Shown here in pieces: positions 31,561-41,344 of a stretch of DNA of 64,000 bases; position 1 is the first letter of the stretch, and each line of letters starts with the position of its first letter. The DNA is from Candidatus Marinacidobacterales bacterium (lineage in GTDB: Bacteria > Acidobacteriota > Vicinamibacteria > Marinacidobacterales > SMYC01). The DNA lies in contig CBDCYI010000004.1 in the NCBI GenBank assembly GCA_965224085.1, positions 864,001 to 928,000 of the forward strand, written 5' to 3'. The notes beneath the pieces are model-generated. The model ran no database searches. It had not been told where the DNA came from and saw only the letters and a program-made list of their open reading frames with translations. Both the position numbers and the translations under genes were made by a program.

Positions 31561-31789
31561 GAACTCAAGGATACAACCGCGCGGGCCAGCTTGCATCCGA
31601 CCCCATGGACGCGCATGGTAATGCACGGACGAAAGGACGTGCGAGCTGGCAACACCACCGACGAATTCGCCGCGCGGCAACGCGAAGCAAACCGGCCGCC
31701 CACGTTCGGCCGCAACACTCTCGGCGCGCTCGTCACCAGCCTCGGGCTAACAGCGACATCAACGGCACCAGCACTCGTCCGGAGATCGC

Positions 31790-32190
31790 CGCCGTCGACA
31801 CCTATTCCAGGAGCCTGGACGCCCTGATCTCGGCCGGCCGCGTGATCGGATACACTGACGTCGACACCGTGGCGACCAGCGAGGGATTGACGTTCTCGTT
31901 CGAGATGACCGGCCGTGTCTACCAGCAAGGCGAGACGGACATCAACGAATGGTCGATCACTGGCGAGCCAAACCTCAAGCTCTCTAACCCAGCCGTGCCG
32001 ACTGCCGTCACGATCACTGGCGAGCCAAACCTCAAGCTCTCTAACCCAGCCGTGCCGACTGCCGTCACGACGGAAGTTCGTGAACCGTATCCCGGACGTG
32101 ATCAACGCGCCGCCGGGCTTCGTCAGATGCGAGAAGCTGCCGGCGCTCAAGTACCGAGCGTTCCAGCTCGGCCTGTACGTCGCCGACTAG
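31790..32190 (+). pseudogene. C-terminal remnant of a dihydrodipicolinate-reductase-like / diaminopentanoate dehydrogenase-like gene
   Basis: NEWSITGEP and VNRIPDVINAPPGF in two frames; no N-terminus. Confidence 0.55.
31954..32067 (+). repeat. Perfect 57-bp tandem duplication
   Basis: cgatcactggcgagcc...gactgccgtca twice (31954-32010, 32011-32067). Confidence 0.95.
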
Positions 32191-32265
32191 CGCAACCATG
32201 GACCTTCCATGCCGAAAGCGCCTCCAACAATCTCGAGCTCGTCGACAAGACGATGGGGCCTAGAC

Positions 32266-34105
32266 CTATTCCCAGTGCAGCGCGCGTGTCGGGTTGATCG
32301 TCGCCGCTCGCCGGGCGGGGAGGTAGCTCGCCAGGAGCGCGACGCTGACCAGCACCACCGACACGAGGCCGTAGGTCGTCGGGTCGACGGGACTCACGTT
32401 GAATAGCAGCGCGCTCATCCATCGCGTCAGCAGGAAAGCGAAGCCGAGACCGATCGCGATGCCGACAGTCGCGAGCACCGCAGCGTGGCGCAGGAAGAGA
32501 TTGCTCACGTCGTTTTTCTGAGCGCCGAGGGCCATGCGAACGCCAATCTCTCGGGTGCGCTGGCTGACGCCATAGGAGATGACACCGTAAAGGCCGACAG
32601 CGCCAATGAGAAGAGCGACCGCGGAAGCGATGGCCAGCATGATGAGGGTGAACGACGTGCGGTTCATCGACTCGTCGAGGATCTCGGCGAGCGTCCAGAC
32701 GTTAGCGAGCGGCACGTCGGGAGCGAGAGACCAAACGGCTTCGCGGATCTGCTGGAGAAAACCCGGGTCTCCGACTCGACTCGTCCGCACGGCGAAGGCT
32801 AAGTTGCGTTGCGCAAATTGGATCTCTTCCCAGAAATCGGTCACCGACATCGGCCAGTACATCACCGCCGTGGCCGTCTTTCAAAGCATCCATGACCTGC
32901 GGCCTCGTATATTTGAAGACGGGAAACAGTCCAAAGAAAACACCGGCCGCGAGAGACAGGCCGAGCGTAACGGCGAGCACGGTCGAGTCGATCGTAATGG
33001 CCTCGAGCCGGGGCAGCGTTTCGGGAGCTACGGCAACGAGCACGCGGATCGCCGCGTAGGCGACGCCGAGTCCGGCGAGACCACCCAGAAGCCCGAGCGT
33101 CACGCTCTCACCAAGAAGCTCTTTCGCGACGCGAGCGCGATCGGCTCCGAGCGCCGTTCGAAGGGCGAGCTCTCGCTGGCGTCCTTCGGCGCGCACGAGA
33201 AACAGGTTCGCGACATTGGCGCAGGCGATGAGCAGCACGATCCCCACCGTGCCGAGAAGGACCCAGAGGGTGGCGCCGACGTCGCCGATCACGTCCTCGA
33301 TGAGCGGATGGACGTCGGGTCCGAAGCGGGCGTCCTTCAGCATCTCCATTGACAGTCCGGTCGGGAAGGGAAACGTCTCGGTGGCAAGTGGGACCATCCG
33401 TTCGACGTCGGCGTTGGCTTGCTCGACGCTCGCTCCGTCCTTCAGTCGCGCGATCCCCTGATAGCTGAAGTTTCCGATGAACAGCTCGGAGCGATCGAAC
33501 TGGAACGGCAGATACACGTCCGGGTTCCACCGCAGAAAACGGAAGCTCGCCGGCAAGACGCCGATGATCTCTTGCGGGCGCCCATTGACGGTGAGCGTCT
33601 GGCCGAGGACGCTCGCTTTCGCGCCGAAGCGTCGCTGCCAGTACCCGTAGCCGAGTACGACCGTCTCGGCGCTTCCCGGCTCGTCGTCCTCGGCGCTGAA
33701 GATCCGACCGAGCGTCGGACGGGCTCGCAGCAGTCGGAGCGTCCCATACGTCACCATCATCGCGGGAACCCGTTCGGGCTCCGCCACGCCGGTAATGGTC
33801 ACCTGGTTGTTGTCCCACATGCCAATTTCGTCGAAGACGCGGCTTTCGTCCTGGTAGGTGAAATGAAGCGCGGGCGATTGATTCAAGCGGTCAAACCCGA
33901 TACCGGGTGCGACGTGCCAGACGCCCACGAGCCGCTCGGGCTCTTCGAAGGGAAGCGGCTTTAAGAGCACCCCATGGACGACGCTGAAGATCGCCGACGT
34001 CGCTCCAATCCCGAGTGCCAGGGTGATGACGGAGACGAGCATAAACAGCGGTGACTGCGCGAGCCGGCGGCCCACGTAACGGATCTGTGAAATTATCGAG
34101 GACAT
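32266..34105 (-). pseudogene. ADOP-type (duplicated MacB/FtsX) ABC permease with large internal deletion near 32872
   Basis: LALGIGA, LLIACANVANL, DALKDG, then frame jump to VMYWP..GLYGVISY.VSQRTREIGVRMALGA..PARRAA. Confidence 0.88.
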
Positions 34106-34563
34106 GCCAACACCTCAATCTAGATACGCATCGACCCCCCCGGGAAGTTCCGCTCTTTTCCGCAGACGCAAGCGCTCGGGTGGAGACCGCTTGATCTTGC
34201 ACTACGCCTTTGGAGTTGGAACGCTGAGGCCACGCACGCTGGGCCACACCACGCGTTCCCCACAGCATCCATACTTCGTTCTTTTGCAAGCGCTCATCTG
34301 AGGAGAGACCTCGGTCAAGGTTATGCAGGGTTTGTGCGCCGAAAAGAAGGCGATTCGACCCCGAAAGCGGCTCGATTACAGCACTTTACAGTCGATCGCC
34401 GACAAAGAATCCGCGAATCGTGATCAGGTGGCTTTTGAGTTCTTTTTTCCGAGTTTCATAAGCTAACATGTGGATTCGGTGCTTTGGGAAAAGCCATCTG
34501 AGAACGATGAACATCATGCCAGCAAGTTCCGCCACGGTGGCACCCGTGAGGTAGAGGAGCGCT

Positions 34564-35232
34564 TTGTCCGAGAGCTCCCTTGAAGCGCTATCGGAGGGCG
34601 CGACGCGCGTCCTCTGCTACGCCTTCCGAGACATTGAGAAGGGAGACGTCGGGGTTTGTGGAGGTGACGTAGAAATCCTCCTCGAGCCGATACGCCCGCA
34701 AGCGAAGGTCATCGTCGTAGGTGGTGGCCATGTGGGCCGAGCGTTTGCGCACCTGGCCCACTGGTTGGGCTTTCGCGTCGTGCTCTCAGATGACCGGGCG
34801 GAGTACGCTACACCTGAGGCTGTACCCGACGCCGACGAGCATGTTTTCTGTCCTTTGTCGGAACTGCCGAATCATGTCTGCATCGACGAAAACACGTACA
34901 TCGTGCTAACGACGCGAGGCGTTCCCGTGGACGTAGAGGCTCTGCCTACTCTCCTTGAGACCTGCGCCGCTTACGTTGGGGTGATCGGATCTCGCCGGCG
35001 CTGGGAATTCTGCATTCGAGAATTGCGCAGAAGGGGAGTCCCTGAGGACCGGATCGCTCGTGTGACGTCCCCGATGGGGCTCGAGCTAAATGCCGAATCT
35101 CCCGAGGAGATAGCAGTCAGCATCCTGGCGGAAATTGTCATGCTACGTCGTGCGGCAACGGGTAGGCCCATGGGCCATGCCCCGGCTTCCACGCGTGAAT
35201 ACAAAGCAACCCACAGTGTCATAACTGAGTAG
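34564..35232 (+). pseudogene. xdhC: XdhC family Moco chaperone, 5'-truncated
   Basis: VCGG, VVGGGHVG, YVGVIGSRRR, SPMGL....ESPEEIAVSILAE; N-terminal domain missing. Confidence 0.8.
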
Positions 35233-35694
35233 AGGATACGGATGGTCGACGAAAATTGGGCACAGCTTGCCGAAGAGTTCCAGTCGCTCTTGAACCTTGA
35301 GGCACCACCTTTGGCCATCACGTTTTCGATGGAGGTCCCGGCGGGAGTCTCCCGTTACGCAGGACGGGTCGCCAAACCTGCGCAGGACGGTAGGACTGGC
35401 AAAGTGCCTGCGGGATGTGTCTTTTGGATGAAGGCGACCGACAGAACCTTTACGACCATGTCCGAGGACCACGCCAACTGTAGCGTTGGGAGTGTTACAC
35501 ATGGTTTCAAGACGCTCGACGAGGTTGCTCACAATGGCGATGTCACCACGTTGCTCGACAGCCGTTGGGTGACGATGGACATCGTACCGACCATTCCGGT
35601 GGTGAAGCAACGATACAACTACGTTACTTACGGCCCGCTGCAGGAGGCGGAGATGGACCCCGACGTCATCTTTCTGCGCCTCCGTGCGATCCAA

Positions 35695-36281
35695 CTGAGC
35701 GGGTGCGCTCCATCGCCTAAAGGCGATGGGTTCGCGGGCGACTAAAGTCGCCTAAAGGCGCACGGCGGAGGATTACTCGCTTACCCTGAACGACTCGTCG
35801 TCTTCCGGCAGCTCTCCTTGCAGCTCGATGTACTTGGCCACAACCTCATCGGTCACGTTTCCGCTCGTCGCTACAAAATAGCCGCGCGCCCACAGGTGCC
35901 GACCCCAAAACTTCTTGCGGATCGCTCGAAAATCACGCATCAGCTTGTGCGATGTCTTCCCCTTGATCGCCTGCATTACTCGGCTCGGCGACAGCCGTGG
36001 CGGCACGCTCAGCAACAGATGAACGTGCTCTGGCCGTACATGGCCCTTCAGTATTTCTATGTGGTGCGTCGCACAGATCTCTCTTATCAACTCCCGCAGG
36101 CGAAGTGCTACATCTCCTCTCAATACCGGCTTGCGGTACTTCGGGATGAATACGAAATGGTAGTTTAATTGATACGTCGTGTGCGATGATTTCCGATATC
36201 CTTTCATCCGGGGATCGTACCGCAAGCCTCCTAAAGGCTTCGCCTGAAGGCGAGGGGTTTCAACCATCCCCGAGTGAGACA
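35695..36281 (-). mobile_element. IS200-type element (tnpA only), second family member
   Basis: Hairpins ccatcgcctaaaggcgatgg and ttcgcctgaaggcgag; top strand starts TGTCTC after TAAG, ends TCAG; no TSD. Confidence 0.9.
35773..36207 (-). CDS. tnpA: IS200/IS605 Y1 transposase
   Basis: YHFVFIPKYR, EHVH, LWARGY, KYIELQ. Confidence 0.95.
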   Translation of the reverse strand: MKGYRKSSHTTYQLNYHFVFIPKYRKPVLRGDVALRLRELIREICATHHIEILKGHVRPEHVHLLLSVPPRLSPSRVMQAIKGKTSHKLMRDFRAIRKKFWGRHLWARGYFVATSGNVTDEVVAKYIELQGELPEDDESFRVSE

Positions 36282-36581
36282 CTTATGATTCTACACGACG
36301 CGATTCCTAACCTGCGCTTCGAAGGCAAGCCACAGTGCCACATCATCGCGATCGCGAAGGAACAAAACGAAGTGGCTGTTAGCGTCGGCTGCATGCTGAG
36401 CCGGGTTCGCACAGGGATGCCCAGCGACGAGGTTACGTGCGCGATACCGTCTGGTCGCTTCCGTGAACTGGTGAAGAAGCTTAGAGACACGTGTGCAGCC
36501 GATAACGCGGTTGCTCAGTACGCTGCTACGGATTCCGTCCGCTTTGCCGAGAAGTGCTACATCGTCTTCCGGGAAAAAAGC

Positions 36582-36914
36582 ATGGCCGACGACAGCCGAA
36601 TTCAAAAGTTCCAGGAGCTTCTTGCCAAGGACCCACGGGATCCGATGCTTCATTACGGGCTTGGAAACGAGCTCTCAAAAAGCGGCCGCTTCGCGGACGC
36701 CGTCGAGAGCTTTGAAGAGGCCATCCGCGTCAACCCCAACTACACTGCGGCATACCGTCAGTTGGGCAAATCCTTGGAGAAGTTGGGCCGTAAGGACGAG
36801 GCCCGACGTGCCTATGAAGATGGTATCGCCTTGGGTCTCGAGACCGGAGATTTGCAAACCGTAAAAGAAATGAAGGTTTTCCTGAGGCGTCTCGGAGCGG
36901 ATTCCGAAGCGTGA
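36582..36914 (+). CDS. Small TPR protein
   Basis: DP.D...HYGLG, NPNYTAAY..LGK.L, GDLQTVKEM. Confidence 0.8.
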   Translation: MADDSRIQKFQELLAKDPRDPMLHYGLGNELSKSGRFADAVESFEEAIRVNPNYTAAYRQLGKSLEKLGRKDEARRAYEDGIALGLETGDLQTVKEMKVFLRRLGADSEA

Positions 36915-38667
36915 GAAGGCGAAGTTGTACGCCGTGGGTAGTCTTAGAGAGTCCTGCGAGGTAGAACGCTTGGGATTTATTGGATACGCGGCCCGCCGAA
37001 ACGTAACTCCGGGTCGTGACGTCGTCCGGATCTTCATTAACTGCGCGCTCACGGATGCGCCCACCGTCGGCCAACGACAACGCTTGAACGACCCCGCGGG
37101 CCTTTCCCCCCCAGACGATATCCGCTTTCTCCATGCCATCGACGTCCTTTTCGAGGAGCGCCGATGTCGATTCACGGGACTCGATACGCTGTCAGCTATT
37201 CGTAAGTTCCACCGCTTCATGGGTGCGCTCGGTGCGCGGGCACGCGAGATGGGGCAGGGCCACGACTGGCCATTCGAGTCGACAAGGAACTTGTTGGAGA
37301 CGCTCGCACGTATCAAGCACTCCCGCGACTACAGTTCGATCGCTCAGTCCCCTCAACTCCGCAGATAAACCGACACGAGGCTCTCGAACGGTCAGGCATG
37401 ACGCAGCCGCGAAAGTAGCGGTTACCGCCGCCTCAATCGTCTCCATTCTCGAATCCAACGCCGAACCGCGCCAGCTCAACGCCCGACGCGCCAATTCTGC
37501 GGACCGAGATCACGGGTTCAGTAAGAGGAAGCCAGCTGCCCCCTTCGTCTTCCCACCGTGCCAAGGCCGAGCGTAGGTCGGGGGCGTCTTTCGCTTCCTG
37601 CTCGCTCGCGGGCGCCGCCGTGCTCTCGCGTTCGAGCTTTAGCCGGAAGTTCCCGGTTTAGGCCAGACGTAATGTATTGAACGCGTGGAGTTTTTCATCA
37701 GGGAAGGTTTCCCGGCACTGGGAACAAACCGAGCAGTTGCATTGCGCGTTGTTGTGTTGAGTTGGCTTCGGTCACCATCTGGAATGGTGGAGCGGTCGGG
37801 TCGGCTTTGAGTTGGCAAAGGTTGAGACTGCGGGTAGCAAGCTCGGCAAGAAGCGTGGGGAAACTGTGAATAGGTAATCCGTCAGATGTGCGACGGACGC
37901 TCTTTTTGTTTTTGGCCGAAGTCGAGGGCAGAGCTGGCAAGACGGGGTCTCGGGTCTCGCGGTCGGCGTCAAGTTGCTCGTCGACGAAAAGTAGTGGAGC
38001 AAGGGCCTTTTTCATGTGCCATTGCACATAGTAGGCGAGCAAGCACAAGAAGATGTGTGCCCGCACGCGTTGGGCATCGCGATGGCGGATGGGTCGTACT
38101 AACAGGTCGATGCCCTTCAAACAACGAAAGGCTTGTTCAACCTGAGAGAGCCGCTTGTAGCTGCGCACGGTGTCCTCGGCCGAGAGATGCTCAAGCGGCT
38201 CGCTGGTGCGGATTACGTAGATGCCGTCGCGTTCCGATTCTCGGCGAATGCTTTCCTCGCGTCTGCTGTAGCTAAAAAGGCTATCTTCGATCTTCAGTGT
38301 GAAGTGCTTGCCCACTTTGTAATGGTTGAGCACCTTTCCGACCTTCTTGCCAATTTCAGCTTTGTCCAAAGGAGTTTTCGTTCGCCGGGCAACCTGTCGG
38401 CGGATCTTGTCGAACTTGGCCTCGGTCGCTTCAAGCAGGGCCTGGCGCTTCCTTCGCCTCTCTTCGGCCAGCAGAGGGTTGTAGCAAGCAATCAGTCGCT
38501 CACCGGGAAAATCAATAGAAGTGATCTCCGCCAGGTTTTTTTGGTCGAACAGCGACAGCTGCAAACACTCCGTGTCCAGTAGTTTGCGAATCGCTGTCGA
38601 ACGCAAGGCTGAGATCCAGCCAAGTCCTGGGTATTGCCTTAGAGCCTTAATCTGGGCAATAATAGAC

Positions 38668-38696
38668 TTGACTAACCTAGCCTCCTAGCATACCAT
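38668..38696 (+). promoter_or_regulatory. Sigma70-like promoter reading inward from the left IR
   Basis: TTGACT-17 bp-TACCAT; same geometry as at 56471. Confidence 0.7.
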
Positions 38697-38702
38697 CCCT
38701 CC

Positions 38703-38847
38703 CGTCACAATGAACCGCGTGTGGCTCGACCATCGGGTCACTCGCTAAATACAAGACCTCCTTCCCAGGGGGAAATAGGCGGGATCCTGCATGCCAACCA
38801 CATGCGGTTCGTTGTGACGACTGGCCCGGTGACCAATTCTCCGGGCT
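38703..38847 (+). ncRNA. Putative structured leader RNA, copy 1
   Basis: 22-bp closing stem cgtcacaatgaaccgcgtgtgg / ccacatgcggttcgttgtgacg, internal stems, second hairpin; covaries with copy 2. Confidence 0.65.
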
Positions 38848-38869
38848 CCAATCCACGAAAGGATGGCCC

Positions 38870-39361
38870 ATGCGGAGAGCAACATTGTTTCTACTTGTAG
38901 GTGTACTGGCTGGCTGTGGCGATGAGGGCGGGAGTACACCAACGTCCCCAGCGCCGGCGCCGACCACAACTCGTCAACCAAGGCCACCACGAAAGGCGAT
39001 CATCCATCTTGACGCGAATATTCCAGCCGTTCGCGTTACCGACCAGGGAAACGGCGTGATCCTAGATATAAATCTCGTAGAGCTAGGAGGCGTAGGCGCA
39101 ACAATCAACTTTATTAGACTAGATGTTTTTAGAGCGACAGGCTTTTTTGAAGAACGCCAGGAGTTATCAGGTGCCCGTCTTAGACGCGAACTTATTGGAC
39201 GAACTCGCGTTGAAGCCAATTCGCGAAGACGTTTTTCCGTCATTTTTTGGTTTAGGGCCACGGTGAAAAGAGGAAGGGGATTAGAAGTCACCGTTGGGCT
39301 TACCGATGACAACGGAAACGTGTTTGAGCTAAGTGAAGCGTTTGTTTTTACTAGAGCCTGA
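38870..39361 (+). CDS. Passenger lipoprotein (lipobox, Pro/Thr linker, beta-rich domain)
   Basis: MRRATLFLLVGVLAGC, PTSPAPAPTTT; GAAAGGA RBS. Confidence 0.8.
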   Translation: MRRATLFLLVGVLAGCGDEGGSTPTSPAPAPTTTRQPRPPRKAIIHLDANIPAVRVTDQGNGVILDINLVELGGVGATINFIRLDVFRATGFFEERQELSGARLRRELIGRTRVEANSRRRFSVIFWFRATVKRGRGLEVTVGLTDDNGNVFELSEAFVFTRA

Positions 39362-39455
39362 AGTGGAGGTCATTGCAATCAAGGCCGGAGGCTTCCGGCT
39401 AGGCGGTGGGCTTCGGTTCTGATATAGACTAGAGCCTGAAAAAGGAGGAAAGGCT

Positions 39456-39815
39456 GTGACCGAAACCAAGTGGCTAACCGCCATACACTATCTCTTTACC
39501 GAATCCAACGGGAAAATCGTTGCACATTGCTTGGATTTGGACATCATTTCTAGCGGGAGCACGAGAGAAGAAGCCCAAGAGAAGCTAAATGCCTGCGTGA
39601 AGCAACAGATTATGTCATGCTACCAGGAGAAGAATTACAGCCAATTGGTTTTTCAAGCTCCTGACAGCTATTGGAGAGAGTTTGATGAAGCCGTAGATCT
39701 GCCCTCATCTGTTCTCGAAATCGAGTTCCAAGGACCAACAACAACTAGACTGCACGCCCAATCGTTTGTGTGCCCTGGGCAATTGAAGTTAGAGGCCGCT
39801 TTGTGCGGTGCCTGA
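39456..39815 (+). CDS. HicB-like (partial RNase H fold) protein, passenger
   Basis: AGGAGG RBS; VAHCLDLDIISSGSTREEAQEKL resembles the HicB N-terminus. Confidence 0.6.
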   Translation: MTETKWLTAIHYLFTESNGKIVAHCLDLDIISSGSTREEAQEKLNACVKQQIMSCYQEKNYSQLVFQAPDSYWREFDEAVDLPSSVLEIEFQGPTTTRLHAQSFVCPGQLKLEAALCGA

Positions 39816-40039
39816 AAGATGTCCTGGCACCATTGGAAGAAAAAAGGGGCGTCAGGATCATCGGAACATGGAAACTAAAATGCCGTAATGGAATCACGCT
39901 GGCACACCCACACAGCATTTTCCCTTATGGCGGACCAAGGTATCAAATAGACACCACCAAAAACGAAAACCCAGAAATTACAACAGTCGAGATAGAGGCG
40001 TTGGAGCGCAGGTTTGGAAAGTTCTGGATGAAGGTATGA
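39770..40039 (+). CDS. Hypothetical passenger protein, possible cognate toxin (start uncertain)
   Basis: Overlaps the HicB-like ORF; low GC; no recognised motif. Confidence 0.4.
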   Translation: MPWAIEVRGRFVRCLKDVLAPLEEKRGVRIIGTWKLKCRNGITLAHPHSIFPYGGPRYQIDTTKNENPEITTVEIEALERRFGKFWMKV

Positions 40040-40281
40040 TTTTCTAAAAAAAGATCATAGGAAGAATCTTGTAGCTGTTCGTTCGGCGAACAGCTTAGGC
40101 GGTATCGGTAAAGCTTCCAAAGGAGAAGCTATAAGCCCATGAGAAAACCGATGATCATCCCCGAGCGCTACCTGGCTGGCACCCCCCTAACCACAAGATG
40201 TAGTGATCAAGCCGACCACAAGATGTTGTGGTTAGTGGAATGCCTGTCAAGGTTCACTTATAATCCCCCAAGGAAAGAACC

Positions 40282-40488
40282 ATGCTAAGGAAACCAGAAC
40301 TCCACGAGGGCGACGCCGCGCTAAACCGCTTCACCAAGGCCCTGAAGACGATCTTCTCAATACCGCGGAAGGACGCAGAGCGGATTCGGATGGAGGCCCG
40401 TACTCCGATGGCTAGACGGGTGTCTCCTGACCAATCAGCTCCAGATACGTCAACCGCTTCCCCACCGCCTGACGAAGAGCTCGAGTAA
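40282..40488 (+). CDS. Small ORF convergent with and overlapping the IS1595 transposase 3' end
   Basis: AAGGA RBS; EGDAALNRFTKALKTIFSIPRK amphipathic helix. Confidence 0.5.
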   Translation: MLRKPELHEGDAALNRFTKALKTIFSIPRKDAERIRMEARTPMARRVSPDQSAPDTSTASPPPDEELE

Positions 40489-41344
40489 AGCGCTCATCGT
40501 CCGTTCCGTGCCGCTCGTTGAAGCGGTACGCCTGCTCGTCCAGGTAGCGTGACAGGTGGAAGGGCTCAACGCTCACGTAGGTTCCATGGATCGCCCGTTT
40601 CAGCAGACTCCAGAAGTTCTCAATGCCGTTGGTGTGGACACGGCCATTGACGTAGGTTATGGCATGGTTCACTGTCCCGTGAGCGTATTCACGCTCGAGG
40701 CCATTGTAGGATGCTAGCGCGTCAGAGTAGAGCGCCGAGCCTGCAGCCACGTGCTTTTTGACTTCCCGTTGGAGAGTCTTCTTCTTCCGGTTGCTGACAA
40801 CCATGGTGCGAACGATGCCCCCTCGCTCCAGCATCCCAAGAACGGCCGTCTTGTCGGATGGACCTCGCCCTGTGATTCGCCGCCGCCGCTTGTCGGCGTG
40901 CATATTCCTGGCCTTCCCACCGATGAACGTCTCATCAACCTCGACCTCGCCAACCAGTTTCTCGAATGAACCGGAATGGAGCGCGAGTCGGATACGGTGT
41001 CCCATAAACCAAGCCGTTTTCTGACAGACGCCCACCGCGCGGTGAATCTCGTAGCTGCTCACACCGTTCTTGCAGTTCACCACTAGCCAGAGGACGGGGA
41101 GCCACTTGTCGAGGCCCAAGGGGGAATCCTCAAAGATGGTCCCGGTCTTCAGAGAAAACTGTCGCCGCTGGTGTTCCTCTGAACACTTCCATCGGCGCAC
41201 CCTGGCGAGCCAGTGAACTCTCTTGGACCCGCATGTGGGGCAGGTGACGCCCTCCGGCCATCGGAGTCCGATAAGGAAATCACGGCAACGGTCGAAATCC
41301 GAGAAGTATCTGATGGCCTCCAATAAAGTCTTTGGCTGCTTCAT
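40412..41344 (-). CDS. IS1595 (ISXO2-like) transposase
   Basis: Zn ribbon CPTCG..C; VEVDETFIGG, SD, VHTNGIENFWS.LKR, YLDE..YRFN. Confidence 0.95.
   Translation of the reverse strand: MKQPKTLLEAIRYFSDFDRCRDFLIGLRWPEGVTCPTCGSKRVHWLARVRRWKCSEEHQRRQFSLKTGTIFEDSPLGLDKWLPVLWLVVNCKNGVSSYEIHRAVGVCQKTAWFMGHRIRLALHSGSFEKLVGEVEVDETFIGGKARNMHADKRRRRITGRGPSDKTAVLGMLERGGIVRTMVVSNRKKKTLQREVKKHVAAGSALYSDALASYNGLEREYAHGTVNHAITYVNGRVHTNGIENFWSLLKRAIHGTYVSVEPFHLSRYLDEQAYRFNERHGTDDERFTRALRQAVGKRLTYLELIGQETPV

Larger units (their letters stand above)
35242..36560 (+). pseudogene. DUF169 family protein interrupted by IS200
   Basis: Removing 35695-36281 restores in-frame ...RAIQ-LMILHDA...GKPQC..SVGCMLSRVRTG. Confidence 0.8.

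Noticed and set aside
31954-32067. Possible CRISPR repeat
   Set aside because: Two adjacent copies with no spacer, inside a pseudogene; no array or cas genes seen in the window
36915-37638. Possible decayed gene between the TPR gene and IS1634
   Set aside because: Short ORFs in several frames with no assignable motif
38703-38847. Leader RNA as 6S, SRP, tRNA or a common riboswitch
   Set aside because: I could not match signature motifs by eye; left unassigned pending an Rfam search
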